Positions 55,538 through 64,000 of a DNA stretch of 64,000 nt are shown one piece after another. Positions within the stretch are counted from its first letter, which is position 1, and each line of letters begins with the position of its first letter. The translations under genes and the position numbers were made by a program. The stretch comes from Auanema rhodensis (Eukaryota > Animalia > Nematoda): positions 11,904,001 through 11,968,000 of the forward strand of contig OZ059899.1 of the NCBI GenBank assembly GCA_964057225.1, given 5' to 3'. The notes under the pieces are model-generated. The model was not told where the DNA came from. It ran no database searches and was given only the letters and a program-made list of their open reading frames with translations.

Positions 55538-58500
55538 TTACAGCTGTCCAGGCGCTGGTCGTGTACTCACAATCTCTTCCTCTTCTTGCAGTGCTTCACG
55601 TTCCTCGGGCTTCGAGCTTGCAAACAATCGTTCGGTCTAAAAGAACAAGAAGAATAAAAAGGAATTAGGTAAAGATTTCAATATCAGGAAAAATGTATGA
55701 GGGAAATACCATGCATTGGTGCAAGATTAAAACTTGAGCACTTGCATAGCCCTTCGATTTCTTTTGAATAGAATCTTCACAAACCTTTTTTTCCTTCTTT
55801 TCCGCTGTAATTGTGTCCGCTCGATAAGAGCGTCGCAGAGGAACTCTGGTAACATTATTCTGCGGAATAATGGGATTGACATCTCGACTAGAGATAGGAG
55901 GTTCGTCATCTCCAACACTCTTCCGAGTACGCCGCCGAGAAGGCGATGATTTCAATGCTGAAAACAAAACGTATATTTTCTCATACACTTCTGTTGAAAA
56001 TAAATAAAAAAAACAATACAAGTGATAGACAGTACTAAAGAGCAACAGCACATTGGTACTACTTCATACACGACTTCCTTGGAGTATTCTACAGTTTTCG
56101 ATCGTTGGCATTAGGTAAGGAAGGAACACAACAAAAATAACGCTGTTTAAGTCAAAGTTCAACACATTCACGAACGGTATGAAAAGCACCACTGACACTT
56201 ATGTTAAAAAGCTTCCCGAAAACCGTTACTAAAGCACCCAATGAGCACACAATATAGAACGCTGATTATGTATTTAAATGAAAACTAAGTTCAGCAAACA
56301 TAAATAAAGAAATAGCATATCCATTTATACCCATAACTACCAGGGGTTAGGTTAGAAGATTGAAAAGGGTGAGAAGAACATGAATTACTATCGAATTGAC
56401 TCAAGATTATTATTCTCATAGAATGGGAACACTTCACACCAACGATACATTGAAATTATTGACACAACAATAAGATCTACTGTCAGAACACTTTGTTTTA
56501 AACTTAATTTTGAAAAAAAGATACCTTGAATAGAACGATGAAGACAAAAAGCACAATTCACGATTAAAGGAAGATTATCTTTCTTTCTTATTTAAAACTA
56601 ACGACATATAAGCGAACTGACAGGATGTTTAAAAGTATAAAGGATACCGAGGTATGAGTGGACGAGGGTTCGGAATTTCGCATTCGCCTTTCGATCAGCT
56701 GTAAACAGAGGGGGCACACTTAGGTTGAAAGATTAGAAGAGATAATTGTCATAATTTAAGCCCACACTCGGATTCTTTCAAAGAACATTAGCTTAATTAA
56801 TTAAAAAACACTTTTTAATTCAACACTCCGTTGCGATTAAGAGCACTAGCTTCCAAAATTAATTAAATCTTAATATTGGATAATGAATTCTCCTACCTGT
56901 TCCTTTTTTAAATATATGTTCTGACATGAAAGACAGAAAACGTTGAGCATAAAAGCTCGGGTTATGCACAGATATCGTGTCCTAAATCATGAATTCAAAA
57001 ATTATAGACATAACACAAAAAACTGACCCCATCATGGAGTATGGCCTTCCAGGTGTGCTCCATTTTTTTCAATAAGCGATAGTTTTGGAGAATATCAATT
57101 ATACCTGCACAAACTTGGGTAAAACAAAAAAAGAAGGAATCTTACCCAAATACAAAATGATTCGATCACCATTTTCGTTTCTAGCTGGAACACCGCCATG
57201 AGGAATTGTTCCTTCATCAGTATCCCAAACCGAAAACTTGGAATGAAGTGTCTGAAGAAGAGAGAGATCAGCAAAGATAAGATTGTACTGATTAAAACCT
57301 TTTTTTCACTATCTCGGCTAGTGCTTGGTTGGTCATCGCCGGCGCCATCGTCATCTTCACTCTCGACACGCTGTCTGGAGCCAGCAGCCAATTCCATATT
57401 ATGTATCCCAACTAGCAATGAATAATCCATAATTTTAAACGATTCCAAAACCTAAAGAGTTTACTGTGAGTATGCGCGTACGCTATTGATTCTTACCAAG
57501 CAATCGCGGCTGATAGTCTTCATCAAAGCATCTAAAGCTACTGGATCAACAAATAGTCCATCTTTATGGTTTTCCAAAAAATCGAGATCTTTTAATGTAG
57601 GATGAGTCTGCAAATAATTGTAAAGTAAACATAAAAAACGATGTTAAGAAACCTTAGCTCGTTCGTTCTTAGAAGCTGCTCTCTTGTACGTTGAGCCTTT
57701 TAAATCATATTTTTCATGCATGACAAGTGCTTGAGGTAACAAGTTGTTCATGACAAGCAATCTAATGTTTTTACCCAAGCTCTAGAAATATTCTTTGCGT
57801 AAACTTGTGATTAAATTAAGAATTACCTGATAACAGAACAACCCAAAAAACTTTGGTAGCAAAGTACGAGGATTTTGATTGAGATTCTAAATTAAGAACA
57901 TTCCAGATGATTTAATTGCTAAAACAGTTACCATATAATACCCAGGAAGCAGCTTTTGCAAAAATTCGGCTTCTTTATGTTGAACTGTTTTAATGATGAA
58001 TTGATCATCTTGAGATACATAGAAAATTGAACCAGAAGCTCCAGCATTCGATAATTCCCGAAGAGGTTCGGTACAAATTGAACGCTGGAATCGAAGAGAG
58101 GTATTACTAAACACGAAAGGAAGTTAATACCAAGAAATCAGCAGGTTTAATATGAAATAGTTCACGGAAATATCTGAAAGCAATTGGAGCATAGGTTTTG
58201 AATCGGAAATCTCCAAAAGAATGAGAAGGCGTCACTCCTGATCCTTGTCTAAACATTTTCTTTACACCTGTCATTTACGTTCAAACATACGCAGGAAATG
58301 CCACAGTTTCAATTTTTTGAAAATCTTGCAACAACAAATCCCTATTAGGCAAGGAAGCCAAACTTCCTATAGAATTAGCAATTCCTAATTGAATAGCGCT
58401 CATTAACGCATTTGTTGGAACTTTTTTATAGCTGACCTAAAGCAATTTCAACTCATTGAACCAAGTATGAAATCAAATAACGTACTTCTCCTTGCTCATC

Positions 58501-58629
58501 GATTCTTCTATGACCTAACTTCTGCTTTTCGCCTGGAACACCTTCCTTTACATCCCGATCCCTTGCAGAATCTTCCGAGGATGCCGCGGCACCGGATAGT
58601 GGCTTGAAAGTCACCACTGCCGATGACAT
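55538..58629 (-). CDS. ppk-1: Type I phosphatidylinositol-4-phosphate 5-kinase; shortest C-terminus shown, alternative 3' exons extend to ~55000 and possibly ~54220
   Basis: [75 protein letters not shown]. Confidence 0.96.
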
Positions 58630-60529
58630 GGCTTACTCCTTAAATGAAATGGAACAGTATCTTAAAACGTTCGTTATTTAAAAAGAAGGAAAAACAAAGA
58701 AAAAATATGAAGCGAGATGAAACTTAATGAAAAAATCGATGAAAGCAGAAAATAAAATACCGCACAGAGGCGTTAAAGAAGTTTATGTGACTCATATGAA
58801 TCGAGAAACTATGGTTGCAATTGGTAATGATATGAAACAATCTTCCAAATTAGAGTTAAAGAAATTGGAATGATGTGTAAGCAAAATGAACCAAGCAGAT
58901 TCAAGTGCGCAATACACTGGCTGATTGCGCATCCAAAAGAAAAATTGCATCCAATATTTAATCCAAGTAAATTCAAGGAAAAGCTTATTGCAAAAATCAA
59001 TTTTTAAAGATGGTTGAAAGCAAAAAAATGTTTTTATTTGGACAAGAAAAACTAAAATAAAAAAGATAAAATAGCAAAAACGGATGAAGTATTATTATGA
59101 TTATGCGACTAAGAGGAATCGGCTCTAGGTTCTAAAGAGCTTCCATGGAGAAGAAAGGGGTGGAGAGGTTCGATTTTTGGAGGCCGCGCTTGTGGACCCT
59201 ATGGCACTCACACTAAACATAAGAAGACAATGATGGAGCTGAGTATTGACGATAACAACAGAAAAAATGCAAGTTAATGCCATAGAAGGAAATGTTTCGA
59301 ATGAGTTTCCGTTTTGTCCCTTTTCACCTAGAAAAATTCCTAACCCCGTAAATTGAATGCAAGCAAATATACAACGCAAAAACAAGAATCAAAAATCGAT
59401 TTAGCAACAACACTGGGTGAAAAGGGTTTCGAATAGCGCAGAGCGCACACAGCATGGCACATCAAATCAACATACACTTTTGATATATCCGATTACTCTT
59501 ACTGAATTATAAGTTCAAACTTTTTATGATCATCTTCCACATAAATTAGTTGATTAATGCAGCTAATTCCTAATGAGGAATTGCATTGCGTGATAATCAA
59601 AGAGGAGTAGTAGAAATTGATTTTGTATAGCCTGTTTAGTTACATATGAAGAGAAAAAAAAAGAAAGTTTATGTTTCAAAAAAATCTTATAGAATTATTC
59701 AGTTAACCTTGGACATATACCTTTGGTGAAACTTTTATTATTTTTAACGTCAACTAGCATTGGTTTTGTATTAATATCCCGTTGAATTCTGTTTCAAAAA
59801 GAAGAAAAAACAAATCGAAAATAAATAAATATAAGCAATCTTCATAAGGGGAACTCTAGATTGCACGACGCGTTTAGGCATGACACCGACTGCGCCCCCA
59901 CGACAGGAAAAATTAGCACCGCCCCTTTTAATGTGCGCTTCTTGCTCTAATTAAAATGAATCGCTATTATAAAAAAAAGTTACATCTGAACACTACTTGA
60001 GTTTGAACTCTCAATAATTATTTGATTCACGTAACTAAGCAATTTTTTTTGACTTTTTTCAATATTTTTTTTAAAAAATGAACATAATTTTTCTTATCTA
60101 GCTAATATTTAGAAAATTTATATATTTGGTATAAGATTTTATAATTCTAGTAACTTTGTTGAATAAACCAAATTGGAACAATATTGCTTCAATTAGCTGC
60201 TGCACTAATGCACTATAACAAATATTTAATTTTAAAAAAAAGCTTAGAGTTCCTACGTCCTGAATTATTTTATTTCTTAACATAAGATGAAATGAACATA
60301 TCATCGGTATTTAGATCTTAAATGCACATGAAATAATATTATTAATAAGAAACTATTTCTTCGTGTTTTTGAGATAATAATCCGAACGCATACTACCTAG
60401 AAACAGAAAAACAATTGTTTTCATATTAAACGGCTATTAGGAAAATAATATTTTCCGATAATAATATCATTGATGTTTTGGATACCAGTTCATTATACTA
60501 GTATTAGTACTCAAGAAAAAACTCTTGCC

Positions 60530-60616
60530 ACGATTGGCCGATTTCCAAGAGTTGGATGTGCAAAAGGGGCGTGGCTACCACCATGATTGGTTGTTTTTTG
60601 GCGCCTTCAGTTGAAT
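60530..60616 (+). promoter_or_regulatory. ANP32 proximal promoter: two inverted CCAAT boxes, GC box, E2F-like site
   Basis: GATTGG twice, GGGGCGTGGC at ~60566, TTTTGGCGCC at ~60596, all within 145 nt of the ATG. Confidence 0.55.
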
Positions 60617-60673
60617 TAAAAGAATAATCCACCTTCTGTACCAAGGGTTGATTCCTTGCAAACATAACCAATT

Positions 60674-61587
60674 ATGTCTACATCGATGGAGGCTCGCTTA
60701 CAACTTGAACTCCGTGATCGTGATCCAGCCACTGTTGAGGATTTAATTCTTGATAACTGCTCTGATGGAAAAATCGTTGGACTCGATGACAAGCTAATCA
60801 ATTTGCAGGTATTATATGAGTTTCTTTGTGTTTTCAATTTATATCTTACAGACATTGAGTTTAATTTCTTGTGATTTGCACACTATCGAAGGACTTCCAG
60901 TACTCCCAGCCCTCACTAATTTAGATCTTTCCAACAATAACATTAGCGGTGGCTTGGATATTCTTGCTAAGAATTGCCCCAATCTTCTTCATTTAAATTT
61001 GGCTAACAATAAGTCTCTTTTTGTGAAGTTTGACTTTTTATCTTTTATTTATTCAGAATTTCTGACACCAGCATTTTCGAGTGCTTAAAAGGTAGCAAGC
61101 TTTGCGAACTCGAACTCTTCTCTAACAGTTTCGAGGGGGAGGATGCTTACAGGTTTGTCTGACAATTCTTTTTCGAATTATGGAAATTTTTTATAGAGAC
61201 AAGTTGTTCGCTTTAATCCCAAGTCTTCAAATTCTCGATGGCTGCGACGCTAAGGGAGATGAGGTTGAAGATCAACTTACTGATTCCGAAGGAGTTAGTT
61301 TTTCTTAAACTTCTGGTGGTTAGTGTTTTGTTATAGGAAGGTTCTGCTGGAGAAGACCTTTCTGACGAAGACGGATCCGAGGATGAAGGACCAGGATTGA
61401 GCTATTTGGACAACAGTCAATTGGTAACAAATAAACAATTTTTTTTTATTACTAAAACGAAAACGTGTAGGACGAGGATGAAACTGAAGACTATAATCCA
61501 GAAGAAGCAGAAAAGAGAGGAAAGAAGCGTGCTGCTGATGGAGAGAACTCTGATGAACCCCAAAGCAAGAAGGACGCCGATGAATAA
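60674..61587 (+). CDS. ANP32-family acidic leucine-rich nuclear phosphoprotein (multi-exon)
   Basis: LQLELRDRDPATVEDLILDNC, LRRs, YRDKLFALIPSLQILDG cap, acidic tail with GLSYL and an RGKKR NLS. Confidence 0.94.
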
Positions 61588-62163
61588 GTCTGTATTTATA
61601 TTTGATCTTGTACTATTTCCGGTTTTGAATTTTTGTATCAGTTTTCTATGTTTTACACTGTGATGTCTTTGGCATCTCAGGTCTGCATATTCGATCTATA
61701 CGGTGGTTAATTCAATCTCTATTTTACGAGTTATATTAATCGTAATAAACATCTCTCACTTGTTTTTCTTTATATATATAAATGTAAAAAGTCATTCAAA
61801 TACTTTGAGAATGTAATGAAAGTTCCAAATATAATTGTGCTATATGGTAGTAGTGTTGCGTAGAAAATTTGCTGACCTGTATAAAGGCGTGGGATTGCGT
61901 CCTTTAGTCTTGGCGCCTTCGAATTTGCTCAACGAGGGGAGCAACTGTTCTGCCAATATTTCAAATCTTCTACCTTTTAGGTATGTTTATCGATTTTTTC
62001 TTAATTTAAAATACTTGATATAACTTGAATGTTAAATACATTTATATATATCCAATAAATCTTCACTTCTTATCTTCAATTATTTTTTTTGCTGCAAATG
62101 TATATTTTCATTGTTATATCTCTGCCTTTTCTTTAAAAGTATCTTATTTTTATTTAAATTAGG

Positions 62164-63009
62164 ATGGGGAGAAAGGCTTGCGATGAAGCCGCTGTTGGGC
62201 GAGCCCGACGTGGAAGACCGAGCAAGCATAAAAAAGATGACAACGTAACTAGAACTGGTTTCGATGGTCACTCAACCCCACCTTGGTAAGAACCACAATA
62301 TTTTTGCACTATAGGATATCCATTTAAGGAGAAAAACGGTATCAGTTTATAAACAGCCAGTAACACTCGTTATGACAACAAGTAAGGATACTAAAAGAGG
62401 TCCACAAGAAGATAAAATGAAAAAGACTACTAACAAATCCGAGTTTAAGCCCTTTCCAGTTTGTTTACCACTATTCTTCTTGTTTAATAATGATATGTTA
62501 GGTTTTATGGGCCAAATCCTTGGAAGGTTTATCTTCATGTACCCCACTTAATGTAGCTGACAAGGTATACTTATCATTGTACACATTTTGACAAAAAAAT
62601 TTAGTTGGATTTGAAAAAAGTCGAATATACTTCTGATCACTTACAAGTAGTTGGGAAGATGGATAAAGCATGTAACGTTATGGATGATGTATCAACGGCT
62701 GCTTCCCTATTTAATACTTTGCACAACCCATTGCAACCAGGGTTTGATTGACACATTTTGCCAGTTTATATCAAGATTTTGCAGAGCATTTGGACAAAAA
62801 GCCGATAAGGAAAAACTAGATAGTAATATTTGTTTACATGTAAATCCTGATCAGCCTATGCTAACGGTTTGAATTTTACTAGTTTGCATTGAACTTATTT
62901 TCACTCATTCTAGGCGATTACAATATCTTCCGAAGAAATTCTTCACCAAGAAAAGCGAGTGTTAGATGCTCGAAAACGTTTGCAAGAAGTACTGAAACAT
63001 TTTGGATAA
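62164..63009 (+). CDS. mbd-2: MBD2/3 family NuRD subunit lacking a recognisable methyl-CpG-binding domain (6 exons)
   Basis: PWRKTVSVYKQPVT (MBD2 PIRQTASIFKQPVT), VLWAKSLEGL (LFWEKRLQGL), C-terminal coiled coil EILHQEKRVLDARKRLQEVL. Confidence 0.9.
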
Positions 63010-63270
63010 TAATTTACTTCAATTGGGTCTCTTACGCATATTCATATAATTTTGTAACATTTTGTATATATTGTTTGTATTCCTAACTTATTCGTGCACG
63101 TGTGCAGATAGTTCTGAACGTAGGTGCCAATTTTTTTATTGAATGTGACTTGTACATCACCCAATTTCCGTTCTTATATATAACTTGTTGTAATTTGTAA
63201 TAAATCCATCTTCTAAACGATCCACATATTATTTTACCGATTGTAAATAGAAAGCTGGTTGTTTTTATAA

Positions 63271-63320
63271 ACGTGAATGCACGTGATGTTTCACGTTACA
63301 CGTAGATGTAGAGTATATAA
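63271..63320 (+). promoter_or_regulatory. Four ACGT cores followed by a TATA box upstream of the SSP-like gene
   Basis: ACGT at 63271, 63281, 63293 and 63300; TATATAA at ~63314; ATG at 63363. Confidence 0.65.
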
Positions 63321-63362
63321 GCTCAAAAAGAAGTAATATTCATCATTTTCACACCAAGCGAA

Positions 63363-63820
63363 ATGGCCTCTGTTGAGCCAAAATGTGCCCAATTCCCAGC
63401 AAATGGTGGAGTTGTTTCCCTTACTGTTACCAACCCAACTGGAGACCGGCTAGCTTTCAAGGTACTTAGAGACTAAGACGACACCATTAACAAAGGTTGA
63501 GATTTAAGGTTAAATCTTCAAATAACGCTCTCTTCACAGTCGGACCAGTGTATGGATTTGTTAACCCTGGTGAAAATGCAACTATTCAAGTTACCAGCAA
63601 AGGACCTTTGACCAAGGAGGAGAAAAAAATTGTCCAGTTTATTAATGCTGCCGGAGTCTCCGATGCTGCTGTCGCTTTTAATGGAAAGACTCCTCAATCG
63701 TCTGTAACTGTTCAATGTGTCATGGAAACCGCTGCCCCAGCTCCAGCCCCTGAGCAAGATCCTAACATGCCACCTCCTGATGCAGGTGCAGTGGAACAAG
63801 GTCAACCAGAAGAAAATTAA
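63363..63820 (+). CDS. MSP-domain sperm-specific class P (SSP-like) protein with a Pro/acidic tail, 2 exons
   Basis: VEPKCAQFPANGG...RLAFK|VKSSNN.LF.V.PVYGFV.PG; intron 63462-63508. Confidence 0.92.
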
Positions 63821-64000
63821 ATAATGGAATCAATGTCAGCAATGTAGAATTTAAAAATTTTGCAAAAGAAAAATAAAGTTTGCAAGCCACAATTTCAAAA
63901 TTATGCATCAAAGGATTTTAAAAAGATTTCCTTGATAACTCAAACCAGATTATATTATTCAAATTTTACTTGTTTTCAAAATTAGAAAACATACTAGAAT

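Noticed and set aside
57110-57122. 13-nt match to the SL1 leader (TTACCCAAGTTTG, minus strand)
   Set aside because: Lies inside a short ppk-1 intron with no SL donor or Sm site; chance match.
61844-61980. Upstream open frame that could splice in frame onto mbd-2 as a relic MBD
   Set aside because: Lacks the conserved MBD residues (W, DVYY, FRS) and overlaps promoter-like motifs; more likely promoter or 5'UTR.

Overview
AT-rich, gene-dense eukaryotic DNA from a rhabditid (clade V) nematode. Evidence: mostly ~40-60 nt introns, trans-splice-like acceptors just before ATGs, an MSP-domain sperm gene, and a glc-5-type glutamate-gated chloride channel, which argues against C. elegans itself. I reassembled about 22 spliced genes by hand: BCKDHB (partial), ZC3H15, SFT2-like, lsy-22/Groucho-Q, ETFA, an unknown membrane protein, a secreted EF-hand protein, MCEE, NDUFB7, PELP1/Rix1-like, ClpX, GH47 mannosidase, a let-99/DEPDC-like gene, TBCA, FKBP15-like, GluCl, kri-1 (with a nested Ly6 gene and a nested 111-aa ORF), a BI-1-like multipass protein, ppk-1, ANP32, mbd-2 and an SSP/MSP-domain gene. 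The most striking unexplained structures are: (1) a dispersed bipartite element, ACGT at a fixed 57-62 nt from CAACCG, found six times, mostly inside introns, possibly germline/piRNA-type mini-promoters; (2) a ~26-bp long-range RNA duplex linking alternative terminal exons of ppk-1; (3) a shared CGTGATAA(CG) motif just upstream of three clustered branched-chain/propionate catabolism genes; (4) frequent AAG splice acceptors. CDS coordinates are start-to-stop spans including introns. Homology calls come from remembered family motifs, not from database searches. No tRNA, rRNA, CRISPR or intact transposon was seen.
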